In this document: positions 1-13,300 of the stretch, in pieces
Numbering within the stretch: position 1 is the stretch's first letter
How the letters are laid out: each line of letters starts with the position of its first letter
Assembly: GCF_964355755.1 (NCBI RefSeq)
Contig: NC_092672.1
Span: 20,349,237 to 20,413,236, forward strand
Source of the DNA: Antedon mediterranea
Lineage: Eukaryota; Animalia; Echinodermata
Direction: 5' to 3'
DNA: 64,000 bases
Notes under the pieces: model-generated
Seen by the model: the letters and a program-made list of their open reading frames with translations, nothing else
What the model was told of the DNA's origin: nothing
Database searches by the model: none
Made by a program: the position numbers and the translations under genes

Positions 1-265
1 AAATTGTGATGACGTCATCATGTTCAAATGCGTCAATAACTTTGGTCACTTATTTTCACCTATTCTGCACTGTATGTAGTACGTATACACTATATAGTGT
101 TATACCGTATATACTTAGACGCGACGCAACATAGAGAGCGCACTAACATTTTTCAATGCCATAATCGTTTTATTTTTTTGCGTGCACTATTCTAACGTAT
201 GACGTGCACGTGGCTTTTGCACTGCGGATAACCTAACTCGTCCGTAGTGACGAGTTCAAATCTAG
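1..265 (+). mobile_element. Non-autonomous Helentron (HINE-like), terminal part only; start lies outside the window
   Basis: Ends GCGGATAACC (subTIR), hairpin AACTCGTC-cgtagt-GACGAGTT, then CAAATCTAG|TT. The same terminus occurs at 3068, 4201, 5410 and 27660. Confidence 0.85.
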
Positions 266-267
266 TT

Positions 268-309
268 GGTTATCCGCTCTTGGCGGATAACCTCTTGTTA
301 TTGTCAGGA

Positions 310-346
<37 letters not shown>

Positions 347-3068
347 CTATGTTATTAGTTATCCGCTTAGTAGCGGATAACTCCTTGTAATCGTCCTGTT
401 TCATCAAATTTTTTTTCTGTATTATACTTCTTTCTTTCTGTCATTTTTGTGCGTCGCGTTTCTCTAAAACGTGTAGACAGAACATATCGTAACTTTGTCA
501 ACATATCGACATTTATGTGAACTTGTGCACCTCCTATTTTTGAATGACGTCAGAGTTGCGCAACGTGACTTACGTGCGATTTTATGAATTTCAATGATTG
601 ATCATAGACTAAAAACCAAACATAATTTTGTTTTGAAACTTTGTGAAAATTTAAGTCATATCAAGCGTAAACTTTCTATGGATTAAAAATAGCATGTTTC
701 ACAAAAAGTTACGCGCGCACGCGCGTTTAAAATTTTAACGTGCGAAATATAAACTTCTAATCAACTTTCTATGCGTTTCATGTCATTTTGAGCATGTCAA
801 AAATTCCCACGCGCGCGAACAATTTTACGCACGCGGTGCACACGTAGCGTTAAAAACATATTTTTTTCGCGTGATTTATGTTTTTTCAGCCTTTTCTAGT
901 AATGTTACCAAATTTTAAACAATTTCGACTTAAAATTACGTCATACGAGCACGTCGAATTAGATAATTTGCACGCGTATTTGGTGAAAAAGTTCAAAAAT
1001 TCGTCAAAATTATGCCTATTTTTAAACAGTCATAGATTCTAAACTACATGGAGAACTTTTTTTTAATTACATATTCTGGAAGTTGATGAGTTGTAGATAT
1101 CGGATCATGCGTTAATATGGCTAACCGGACATTGTGACGTCATCGTATGGCCACGCGAATATAAAATATAGGGTTTTTGTCTCTTTGGTCATAGCTCATC
1201 ACATTTAATAGAGCGCATCTCCACTTATTCGTTGTCCATTTTCATTCCGATTTTAATATATTCTAGATCTATCAACTATCTTTTGCATGAATTAAAATTT
1301 TTTTAATTTTTTTAACGTCATTATGCCTAAAAAATTAAATTACGTTGGTCATTAATTTCATCTTTACAGTAAATTTTAATCTGTTATGCCTCGTAAGAAT
1401 AAAATGTGATAATCACAATTAAAACGTTTTCAGGAAGCTATTGTATTGTAGATACAAAATCATGTGTAAATTGTGCCAATTGAATGTTGTGACGTCATCA
1501 TATGGCCAGTTAAATAAAAAAGTCGTATTTTCATCTTTTGCATTATATTTCATTACATTTAAAAGAGCGCGCATCAATATTTCACGTATTCAAATTTCTT
1601 CTACACATTAATACGTTGTTGCTGAGATAATTTCATTCAGAAATTTCTACTTTTACATTTCATTTTGAAACCGTCAAGATGTTAAAAATTACAATAAAAT
1701 ACGGGTCCCGTAATTTCACCTATTTTACACTGTTTGTGATATGTATACAGATTGTACTGTGTATACTATATGACACAAAATAACAGAATTCAGAAATAAC
1801 AACATATCATATTCTTCAGTTCAGGTCATAATGCCTTAATATTTTTCTGTGTGCAATATTCTAACGTATGACGTGCACGTGGCGTTTGTCGAGCGGATAA
1901 CTAACTCGTCAAAGTGACGAGTTTCATGTCTAGTTCTTCTTTCTTTCCCAAAATTTTGTGTCACGTGTATCTCAAATTCTGATCAACATTACATCGTATA
2001 ACTTTGTCAGAAGATTTACCTCTATCTGTAGAAGTGCAGGACAGCTCGTTTTTTTACTTTAGAGTCGCGCAGCGTAAGCTACACGCGATTTTATGAATTT
2101 TGCGTATTTAACATAGACTAAAAAGCAAAAGTCATTTTGTAATGACACTTGGTGAACATTTAAGTCATATCAAGGGCAAACTTTCTATGGATTAAAAATG
2201 GCATGTTTGACATAAAGTTACGCGCGCACGCGCGATTAAAATTTCAAATTGCGAAAAATCCATTTCTAATCACTTTCTACGCGTTTCAGGTCATTTTGAG
2301 CATTTCAAAAATTCCCACGCGTGCGCATATTTTTTACGCGCGCGTGCGCCCGTAGCGCAAAAACATCTTTTTTTTGCTGGATTTTTGTTTTTTCAGCCTT
2401 TTCTAGTAAATTTACCAATTTTCAATCAATTTTGACTTAAAATCACGTCATACGAGCACGTAGAATTGAACAATTTGCCCGCGTTTTTGAAGAAAAAGTT
2501 AAAAAATTCGTCAAAATTATGCCTTTTTTAAAACAGTCATAGATTGTAAACTACGTGGTGAACTTTTTTCAAATTACATATTCTGGAAGTAGATGAGTTG
2601 TATTTCTCGAATCATGCAATGATATGGCTAACTGGACATTGAAACGTCATCGTATGGCCACCCAAATATAAAATATAGGATTTTTTTCTCTTTCGTATAG
2701 CTCGTCACATTTAATAGAGCGCATCTCTACTTATCCGTATTCCATTTCACTCAATTTTTTTATTTGTCTAGGTCAATCAATTATCTTTCGCATGATTTAC
2801 AATTTTTGAAATTGTTATGACGTCATCATGTTCAAAAGCGTCAATAACTTTGGTCACTTCTTTTCACCTATTCTGCACTGTATGTAGTACGTATACAGTA
2901 TATAGTGTATACCGTATACACTTAGACGTGACGTAAAATAGAGAGCGCACTAACATTTTTTCAATGGCATTATCGTTTTTCTGCGCGCAATATTCTAACG
3001 TATGACGTGCACGTGGCTTTTGCGCTGCGGATAACCTAACTCGTCCGTAGTGACGAGTTCAAATCTAG
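268..3068 (+). mobile_element. Non-autonomous Helentron copy A, interrupted by nested copy B (357-1933)
   Basis: Starts TT|GGTTATCCGC-tcttg-GCGGATAACC (subTIR fold-back), then a T tract. 'ctatgttatt' (347-356) resumes as 'ttcttctttctttccc' at 1934; the uninterrupted junction is seen at 3071-3094. Ends with hairpin+CTAG at 3068. Confidence 0.85.
357..1933 (+). mobile_element. Non-autonomous Helentron copy B (sister subfamily, subTIR AGTTATCCGCT), nested in copy A
   Basis: 5' AGTTATCCGCT-tagt-AGCGGATAACT; 3' AGCGGATAACT, AACTCGTCAaagTGACGAGTT, tcatgtCTAG|TT. Body is homologous to A with an extra internal segment (~1340-1830). Confidence 0.85.
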
Positions 3069-4201
3069 TTCTATGTTATTCTTCTTTCTTTCCCAAAATT
3101 TTGTGTCACGTGTATCTCAAATTCTGATCAACATTACATCGTATAACTTTGTCAGAAGATTTACCTCTATCTGTAGAAGTGCAGGACAGCTCGTTTTTTT
3201 TCTTTAGAGTCGCGCAGCGTAAGCTACGCGCGATTTTATGAATTTTGCGTATTTAACATAGACTAAAAACCAAAAGTCATTTTGTAATGACACTTGGTGA
3301 ACATTTAAGTCATATCAAGGGCAAACTTTCTATGGATTAAAAATGGCATGTTTGATATAAAGTTACGCGCGCACGCGCGTTTAAAATTTCAAATTGCGAA
3401 ATATCCATTTCTAATCAACTTTCTACGCGTTTCAGGGCATTTTGAGCATTTCAAAAATTCCCACGCGTGCGCATTTTTTTTACGCGCGCGTGCGCACGTA
3501 GCGCAAAAACATCTTTTTTTTGCTTGATTTTTATTTTTTCAGCCTTTTCTAGTAAATTTACCAATTTTCAATCAATTTCGACTTAAAATCACGTCATACG
3601 AGCACGTAGAATTCAACAATTTGTGCGCGTTTTTGAAGAAAAAGTTCAAAAATTCGTCAAAATTATGCCTTTTTTAAAACCGTCATAGATTGTAAACTAC
3701 GAAGTGAACTTCTTTTAAATTACACATTCTGGAAGTTGATGATTTGTAGATATCGAATCATGCATCGATATGGCTAACAAGACATAGTGACGTCATCGTA
3801 TGGCCACTCAAATATAAAATATAGGATTTTTGTCTCTTTCGTCATAGCTCATCACATTTAATAGAGCGCATCTCCACTTATCCGAATTCCATTTCCCCCC
3901 ATTTTTTTATATTGTCTATGCCAATCAATTATCTTTCGCATAATCTACCATTTTTTAAATTGTGATGACGTCATCATGTCCAAAAGCGTCAATAACTTGG
4001 GTCCCTTATTTTCACCTATTCTGCACTGTATGTAGTACGTATACAGAATATAGTGTATACCGTATATACTCAGACGTGACACAAAATAGAGAGCGCACTA
4101 ACATTTTTTCAATGGCATAATCGTTTTTCTGCGCGCAATATTCTAACGTATGACGTGCTGCGGATAACCTAACTCGTCCGTAGTGACGAGTTCAAATCTA
4201 G
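3069..4201 (+). mobile_element. Non-autonomous Helentron copy G, remainder; its 5' subTIR is presumably displaced outside the window by nested insertions
   Basis: Begins mid-element at 'ttctatgttattcttc' right after the end of A, carries the full body, and ends with hairpin+CTAG at 4201. Confidence 0.8.
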
Positions 4202-4203
4202 TT

Positions 4204-5410
4204 GGTTATCCGCACTTGGCGGATAACCTCTTGTTATTGTCAGGATCTTTTTTTTTCTCTTTTTTCTTCTATTTTCTTCTTTCTTTCCACGATTTTTGTT
4301 CGCAGCGTATCTCTAATTCTGGCCAACATATGATGGTATAACTTTGTCAAAAGATTGCTCTGTTGCTGTAGATGTGCAAGAAACTTTTTTTTTTAAATTT
4401 CGAGTCGCGCAGCGTAAGTTACGCGCGATTTTATGAATTTCAATGATTGATCATAGATTAAAAACCAAAAGTCATTTTCTATTGAAACTTGGTGAAAATT
4501 TAAGTTATATCATGCGCAAACTTTCTATGGATTAAAAATGGCATGTCTCACATAAAGTTACGCGCGCACGCGCGTTCAAAATTTCAAAATGCGCAAAATT
4601 CATTTCTAATCAACTTTCTACGCGTTTCATGTCATTTTGAGCATTTCAAAAATTCCCACGCGTGCGCAATATTTTTACGCGCGCGTGCGCACGTAGCGAT
4701 AAAACATCTTTTTTTTGCTTGATTTTTGTTTTTTCAGCCTTTTCTAGTAAATTTACCAATTTTCAATCAATTTCGACTTAAAATCACGTCATACGAGCAC
4801 GTAAAATTGAACAACTTGCGCGCGTTTTTGATGAAAAAGTTCAAAAATTCGTCAAAATTATGCCTTTTTTAAAACAGTCATAGATTCTAAACTCCGTGGT
4901 GAACTTTTTTAAAATTTCAGATTCTAGAAGTAGATGAGTTGTAGATAACAAATCATGTATCGATATGGCTAACCGGACATTGTGACGTCATCGTATGGCC
5001 ACTCGAATATAAAATATAGGATTTTTGTCTCTTTCGCATAGCTCATCACATTTAATAGAGCGCATCTCCACTTATCCGTATTCCATTTCCCACAATTTTG
5101 TTATATTGTCTAGGCCAATCAATTATCTTTCGCATAATCTACCATTTTTTAAATTGTGATGACGTCATCATGTCCAAAAGCGTCAATAACTTTGGTCCCT
5201 TATTTTCACCTATTCTGCACTGTATGTAGTACGTATACAGAATATAGTGTATACCGTATATACTTTGACGTGACGCAAAATTGAGAGCGCACTAACATTA
5301 TTTCAATGGCGTAATCGTATTTCTGCGCGCAATATTCTAACGTATGACGTGCACGTGGCGTTTGCGCTGCGGATAACCTAACTCGTCCGTAGTGACGAGT
5401 TCAAATCTAG
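4204..5410 (+). mobile_element. Complete ~1.2-kb non-autonomous Helentron copy C
   Basis: TT|GGTTATCCGCacttgGCGGATAACC ... GCGGATAACCtAACTCGTCcgtagtGACGAGTTcaaatCTAG|TT; both ends are intact. Confidence 0.9.
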
Positions 5411-8400
5411 TTCTATGTTATTCTTCTTTCTTTCCCAGAATTTTGTGTCACGTGTATATCAAATTCTGATCAACATTACATCGTATAGCTTTGTCAGAAG
5501 ATTTACCTCTATCTGTAGAAGTGCAGGACAGCTCGTTTTTTTACTTTAGAGTCGCGCAGCGTAAGCTACGCGCGATTTTATGAATTTCGCGTATTTAACA
5601 TAGACTAAAAAGCAAAAGTCATTTTGTAATGACACTTGGTGAACATTTAAGTCATATCAAGGGCAAACTTTCTATGGATTAAAAATGGCATGTTTGACAT
5701 AAAGTTACGCGCGCACGCGCGTGTAAGATTTCAAATTGCGAAAAATTAATTTCTAATCAACTTTCTACGCGTTTCAGGTCATTTTGAGCATTTCAAAAAT
5801 TCCCACGCGTGCGCACTTTTTTTACGCGCGCGTGCGCACGAGGCGCAAAAACATCTTTTTTTTGCTTGATTTTAGTTTTTTCAGCCTTTTATAGTAAATT
5901 TAACAATTTTCAATCAATTTCGACTTAAAATCACGTCATACGAGCACGTAGAATTGAACAATTTGCGCGCGTTTTTGAAGAAAAAGTTCAAAAATTCGTC
6001 AAAATTATGTCTTTTTTAAAACAGTCATAGATTGTAAACTACGAGGTGAACTTTTTTTAAATTGCACATTCTGGAAGTTGATGAGTTTTAGATATCGAAT
6101 CATGCATCGATATGGCTAACCGGACATTGTGACGTCATCGTTTGGCCACTCAAATATTAAATATAGGATTTTTGTCTCTTTCGTCATAGCTCGTCACATT
6201 TAATAGAGCGCATCCCCACTTATCCGTATTCCATTTCCCTCCATTGGTTTATATTGTCTAGTTCAATCAATTATCTTTCGCATGATTTACCATTTTTAAA
6301 ATTGTTATGACGTCATCATGTTCAAAAGCGTCAATAACTTTGGTCACTTCTTTTCACCTATTCTGCACTGTATGTACTCAGACGTGACACAAAATAGAGG
6401 GCGCACTAACATTTTTTCAATGGCATTATCATTATACTGTGCGCAATATTCTAACGTATGACGTGCACGTGGCGTTTGCCATGATACTCGTGATTAAAAA
6501 GTTTCTGGAAGCTGTTGAATTGTAGATACGAATTCATGTAAAAATTATGCGCATCGCATGTTGTGTGACGTGATATGGCCAGTTGAATTAATTAAGTTGT
6601 ATTTTCATATTTTGCGTCATAGTTCATGACATTTAAAGAGCGCGCATCCATACTTTACGTATCCAAATTTCTTCAACAAGTTGATATGTTGTTCCTCAGA
6701 TAATTCCTTTCCAAAATTACTATCTACGCGTTTCATTATGATGACGTCATCATGTCAAAAATTGAAATAAATGGCGGTTTCCGTTATTTTCACCTAGTCT
6801 GCCCTGTATGTAGTATGTATACAATATAGTGTATATACTTAGACACAAAATAGAAAAAAGATTGTTCGCAGCGTATCTCTAATTCTGGTCAACATAAGAT
6901 TGTATTACTTTGTCATAAGATTGACCAGTAGCTATAGATGTGTGCAAAAAACTTCGTTATATGGCGTTAGAGTTGCGCAGTGCAAGTTACGCGCGATTTA
7001 ATGAAATGTTATGGTTGCTCATGAATTCTGAAAAAAAAATGTATTTTATCAATGAAAATTTATGAAAGTGTATTTCATAATATGGAGCAACTTTTGACAT
7101 TACAAAAATGACGTGCTACGCAAAAACTATACGCGATTACGCGTATTTGAAATTTCAAAATTCGCAACATTCTTTTCTAATCAATTTCACGTACATTTGA
7201 GGTCATTTTGAGCATTTCAAAATTGTCTAATTGCGTCTTTTGCACACACTATTGTGAAATAAACGTCTTTATAAATTAAATTTGGTATGTTCTCGTTGAG
7301 ATGAATTACTTTTCGAAAATGGACATACCTCTATTTTTCATTTTTTGATGACATAAAACAATGTTGTTCCCGTCATTTCAGCTCTGCTATACACCATAAT
7401 ATACTACAGTACAACCAGTTAAAGAATTATGTGTGAATAATAATAATTTCTTGTCTCCTCTACTCCGTGTTTTGATTTAATGGAATCTCAGTTACAGTGA
7501 AACTTGCTCCAATAGATATAATAGTTCTGATAAAACTAATATTATCAGACCATAACTGTTAAAAATAATCTTTTATTTCAAACAAATTGAAGAAAACCCA
7601 CAAATAAGTATAACATGTATGTATTTATAAAAGCTTTCATTGGTTATTGTAAATTGTACAAAATTGTCAACATATAGTAGGCTGTTCATGAACATTTTGG
7701 TGATCAATAATATTACTTAGTACATTATATACATGTTAATTTGCTAAATGTGGATTCATTAAACGCATATTTATTGATCTATTTATAGAAGATTTTTATT
7801 TTGAAACTATCATCAACATAATTAATAATTTAATCATTTGACACGTTTAGACAATTGCTATAAAAGAGCGAATGACTGCAGTAACTGACTGCCTAAAAAT
7901 CCGGATCCCATTATGATTGAAGAGATGAAACCATTCCATTGAGCACCTAAAAACAAAAACAAAATAAATTGATTATTCTTGCAAATTAGTAAATTACTAT
8001 ATTATTAATTTCATGTGGACCGGGATAGATAGAAAAATAATATAAAAAAACAAAAAATTATGGAACTAAAATTAGGTATAGACCTAATGAAGTATTGGTA
8101 ATCGTATAAAAGAAAACGTATTTTCTTCTTCTATAAAATGTAACTTTATTATGTGCAACATTGCATATTCAAATTCAGAACAATATTTATAATAATATAA
8201 CTCACATAAAAACAAGATTAAAATATGTTTACTCACCAGATATTGTTTCTCCTTTACAGGAGAATGACATGGGTTGAAGTTACAGATTATTCGCTGCCCC
8301 TTGTGCATAGAGAGTCTTGATTTGTATCCAGTTGTATTTTCAATTTGTAAAAAGTTTTTATAGTATTCTGTTGGATAAATTGTTATTATTATTTACTAAT

Positions 8401-8531
8401 ATATTGTGATAGCCCTAATAGTATTTCATTTTGTTTTTTCTCTTTTTGCCATTTCATAAATGCAGTAAACAAGTCGAAATAATAATACTATGCAAGTTCA
8501 ATTTCCATTTACATAAACATAATTAAAATAA

Positions 8532-10388
8532 TTAAAAACCATTGATACAATTAAAATTTAATTTGAATGGCTTCATGATAGCGTAATAAACTGGAATTAC
8601 TTCAGCCTGTACTGAATCAAGACCTTTGCTATAGACATGATCAATCAATGTATTGTTTTCAGTTGTAGAACATGTAACATGTTGTTTGTACTCATTCTCT
8701 GCCATTAAATTATTCACTCTGGAAGATTGTTTGAAAAGATTTTCATTAAAATCACCCATTACAATACATTTTGTACTCATTTTATGTAACTCTTCCAAAT
8801 GTTTTCTCAAATTTTGACAGAATTGATTAATATCATAACTTGGGGGTCGATAAATTACTGACACGGCAATAGAAATCGGACTTGTTATTAAAAATGAAAC
8901 TGCTTCTATATCATTATTACATATGTTTAATCTGCTTGAAGACGTGTTCTTGACATACACTGCAACGCCACCATGAGACTGATGTTTTATTTTGGAACTG
9001 AGATCATTTGTATTAGAATACGAATCATACCTTGCTTGGTGATAACATTTATACGGCTCAATGCGTACGTCAAAAACATCATCATCCTTGTTCAACCTTG
9101 TTTCAGTTAGACATAGTATATTAGACTTCATAAACAAATCATTACACTGAAGATCAACAAAATGTTGTTTAAGCCCTTGAATGTTATGTAATATTATTGA
9201 AAATCTAGAATCCGAATCATGACCTTGTTTATCACATTGTACGTATGAATCCATATTATTTAAGCACTTCTTTATGTTTGGATCACAATAAATCAGACTA
9301 GGTTTAAAATTTTCAATAGTAAGTCCAGATATTGAAGTAACACGACTGAGGCCTACATATGCTTGTCCATGCGTAAAAGTATCTTTAAGGCAAACCACTG
9401 CTTTATCCATTGTCATTCCTTGCACTTTATGAACTGTGCATGCATATGCTAATTTGAGAGGAAATTGTTTTCGACTGTATTTTGCCCCCATAGATTCTTT
9501 AAACATTTCAATTGCCTGAATACCAATGTCATTATTATCAAACTTTACTTTAATAGATACTGGTTTGACGTTATTATTGGGTTTGACTATTTCATAAACA
9601 TGTCCCATACATCCATTCGTTAAGCCTTTTTTAACATCTACATTTTTAATCAACATCACTCTGGCATTAAGTGCAATCCACAAATAATTTAGTAAACTAG
9701 TTTGACGTGAATTCCGAGGTTTGTCACAATTTTTGGTCTGTTTCTTGGCGTTTACTACACTATCTTCTGCTTCAATGCATACAATGTCTGTACAGGTTTT
9801 GTGCAACATTTTTTTATTCCATTCATCAACTTGTTTGTTGCGTGGGTAAATGTGAACAGCATCTTCACATTCTTCACCTGTTTCACGTGATTTTAGAACT
9901 AATAAATCGTTATCAGACAAACAATCATGTTTTTCTTTTGTACGCAATTTGTTTAACAATAAAGCAAATTCTTTATCTTCTTTTTGCCTCATGATTTGAT
10001 CTAACTGTACTTGCTTAAAGTTATCTATCCACAGTGAGCTTTCCAATGTGTCTTTGTATAACGAACTGCCCATAACCGGAGGTAACTGATAGAAATCACC
10101 AACAGCAATTACTGAAATGTTACCAAATGGACTATCGTTGCGTACTTGTTTTATTTGCCTTAATCGTCCGTGGATATACCAAAGTAACCTTTGATTTACC
10201 ATTGATATTTCATCTATGATAACAATTTGCAACTGGCCCAATTTATTACGAAGTGCACTTATTTTTTCTTCTCCAAGTGGTTGATACGGAAGTGAAATAT
10301 TAATCGGGATAGACAAAGCGCTATGAATTGTTTGGCCTTTAATATTATATGCTGCGATTCCTGTAGGAGCTAATTTCAATATTGACAA
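8532..10388 (-). CDS. Helentron transposase C-terminal part: PIF1-like SF1B helicase plus APE/EEP-type endonuclease (frameshifted continuation of 10376-15847)
   Basis: Helicase motifs LAPTGIAA, IIDEISM, GDFYQLPPV, QFPLKLAYACTVHKVQGMT, GQAYVGLSRV. Endonuclease motifs HNIQGL, LCLTET, GGVAVYVK, IYRPP, MGDFN, TLIDHVY. A 1-nt deletion near 8583 hides the terminal YY(S)YHEAI motif; the restored stop is at 8551. Confidence 0.92.
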   Translation of the reverse strand: MSILKLAPTGIAAYNIKGQTIHSALSIPINISLPYQPLGEEKISALRNKLGQLQIVIIDEISMVNQRLLWYIHGRLRQIKQVRNDSPFGNISVIAVGDFYQLPPVMGSSLYKDTLESSLWIDNFKQVQLDQIMRQKEDKEFALLLNKLRTKEKHDCLSDNDLLVLKSRETGEECEDAVHIYPRNKQVDEWNKKMLHKTCTDIVCIEAEDSVVNAKKQTKNCDKPRNSRQTSLLNYLWIALNARVMLIKNVDVKKGLTNGCMGHVYEIVKPNNNVKPVSIKVKFDNNDIGIQAIEMFKESMGAKYSRKQFPLKLAYACTVHKVQGMTMDKAVVCLKDTFTHGQAYVGLSRVTSISGLTIENFKPSLIYCDPNIKKCLNNMDSYVQCDKQGHDSDSRFSIILHNIQGLKQHFVDLQCNDLFMKSNILCLTETRLNKDDDVFDVRIEPYKCYHQARYDSYSNTNDLSSKIKHQSHGGVAVYVKNTSSSRLNICNNDIEAVSFLITSPISIAVSVIYRPPSYDINQFCQNLRKHLEELHKMSTKCIVMGDFNENLFKQSSRVNNLMAENEYKQHVTCSTTENNTLIDHVYSKGLDSVQAEVIPVYYAIMKPFKLNFNCINGF

Positions 10389-13300
10389 ATCATCGGATTT
10401 TCCATAATTTTTCCAAGAATACGTGTCGCTTCATTATAAAAACAGTTTACCAAATGACTTTTTCCTGTACCAGCGCCACCAGTTATGAAAGTGTAAAATG
10501 CTTCAGGTTTTTTACCATTAGCTTTGTCTAAACACCATTGTCTTGTCTTATAAAATATATGTTGTTGTTTTTCATTTAAAGATCGAATCATTTTGTTCAA
10601 TTCTGGTCTTGGAATATTAGATGAATTAGACTCTACTTTAGATGTATGATTTTTTTGAATTCCAAAATCTGGAATGAAAAATTCATCTTCTTCATCATCA
10701 ACCTCTACATTTGGCTTTGGGTTGTCTAACCTTTCTTTTTCGCTTTCTGGACATAATAAACTCCATGCATCTTCCTGTGGTCCAAATTTTGATAAACATT
10801 CCTGTGCTTCTTCAACATCTTCAGCACTTTTTTCATATTGTTCCATGTTTCCATGAACTATTGACTTTACCGTTTGTAATTGACAGCCACATAATTTCAC
10901 ACATCCTTTCTCATGAAATTGTTCATACATTTCAAAATTTGGAGGTTTTAACTGTTCATCTTTTCGAAATGGTAGAAATAACTGAAGTATACTCAAAAAA
11001 TATTTCTCAGGTGCTGTATCCATTGGAAATCGAGGGTATCTTACTATAGCATTACTAGTTCGTGTTCTTTTTTGGATGAATCCCAACTGTTTTTTAAACT
11101 GAAATACATTCTTTTTTTGTTTGTTTCCTTTCATTTCTGATGAACTCAATATTCTATATTCCGAACAAAATTTTGCAAGGCACATTTTATTAAATTCAGA
11201 ACTATTAGGTCGAGCTTTATATTTGTCGATCTTTTTTGGCAACCATGCACTTACATCATCATCTTCTTTGTTTTTAATTACACTTAGTGGTAAACTCATT
11301 CTGACAGGATTAGGTCCTACTGGGATAAATTCCACTTTCCTTGAACATTCTTTTAATCTTAAACTACAAACACGATAAATACTTTCTTGTGCAGACACTT
11401 CTCGATTATTCATATAAACATTACCAAGTTTTCGCAAACTTTGCCTAGCATCTTCATTGCCTTCTTTTACTTCTGATGCTGCATGATTTAACAGTAAACC
11501 CATTTCACGTTCAGATTTTGACATATATCCTATAACGTAAATTATACATGCATATACATTTGTAATATATTGAATATCCATATTAGCATTCCATGCTCTC
11601 AATAAGGAAGGATTATATTGATTTACCCACACAACTTGAGGGTTTCTCTTTATAACAATTTTTTCCTCAGTAGTTACACAATTATTTGCTTTCTCAAATG
11701 CACTCTGTGTAATACCTAAACTTTGGAAAAGTTCTATTGCATTTTTATATGTTTCTTCATTAGTCACAGCATCTTTTACTGAGGTTAACAGCTCCGTTGC
11801 TTGTTTATTGTCATCATTATCAACATTGTCTTTATCCACAATTGTAGGTCTCATAACAAATGTATTTCCAGAAGGTTGTCTGGGAAAGTTAAATCTGCAA
11901 TTTGTTCCCTTTTTTTTACATGATTTAGAATGTCTTTTACTGTGAATTTGCACACTTTTAACAATTTCATTCAGTTCACGATCTACAGTTTCACATGGCA
12001 CAGCACAAGAAATATATTTATCAACAAATCTAATAACTTCATTATCTTTATCTGTACCAAAAATAGGAGCATTTTCAACCCATACTAACATATGAACATG
12101 TGGACTTCCTCTCATTTGAAATTCAATTCGATAAAAATAATCTACGACTTTACCAATAGGCTGTGCTTCAGACAAAATTACATTTTTCAAAAAAGTATGA
12201 AAGCGTTTATCAAACATTCTGGCAACAGTCACTGGATTTGATTTCAACAAATTACATTTATCTGCCCATTCTAATTCTTCAATGTTTCTTTGGTCTCCAG
12301 ACTGACTTAGCAATGTCGTCATTATTTCTTTCCAACGGAAATCAGCACTTGAGAATGAAAGAAAGAATGTTGGTTTTCCAATCTGTCTAACCATTGCTAT
12401 TATATCTTTTTGTGTAGCTTGCCAGTACGGTGGAGTTCCACGAATTTGTTTTAGAAATTTATAACCCCTATCAGATTTTAAAATCTCCTGAATTTTGGTA
12501 ACATTTTTTAAATCGGATACAGTAACTTTGCTAAAATCATCTTTTTTACTTGACCCTTTTCGCAATGCAATAGAAATACTTGATAAAATTTGTTGAAGTT
12601 CATATAAAGATTGAGCATAAAATATGAATTCTGTATTTTGTGCAAACCTGTTATCTATATGCATTAATCTATTGTGAAAATAACGTCCAAGTGTTATTTT
12701 AACATCTCTCGTATCATGGAATGTTGGTTGGCCTGTTGGAAATAAAACTGGAAATGATTTTGCTTCATTGCTTTTATTACTTAACAATGCAATAGGACTA
12801 TTATTTTCACATGGTGCACAACAAATTATGTCATTAAAATATTCATCAACCAAATTTTGTCGCCTGTCAACAGGTTGGAGACTTGTATCAAAGGTAGCAC
12901 CACATAATCGGTCTTCTATTTCTTCTTCTTTTTCTTCTTTTTCATTGTTTTCATTTTCATTAGTAGTTTCCCTTTCAATGTTATCTTCAGATAAATAATT
13001 GTGCCATTCTTCATTAATAGCTATATCAAAATAGCACTTGTTATGATCCTGTAAATATCTAAGAGCTTGAATAACATTGGCAGTGTTAACAAATTTATAT
13101 TTGTAATAACCTTTGTAAGACAACTTTCGCTTCAATTTTACAGATATTAATTGATCATCAACCTGTGGTCTAGGCAGCATTTTTACAGTTTCAATAGTAT
13201 TTGAAGGTACACATACAACAGGTCCATGTATTCCATGCTGTCCACCTTTAGGTAAATTCATTAATTTCATAAAAGGAATGTTCAATCCAATCAAATGCTG

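Noticed and set aside
1-6480. Simple 1.2-kb satellite
   Set aside because: The junctions show subTIRs, hairpin termini and nested insertion points.
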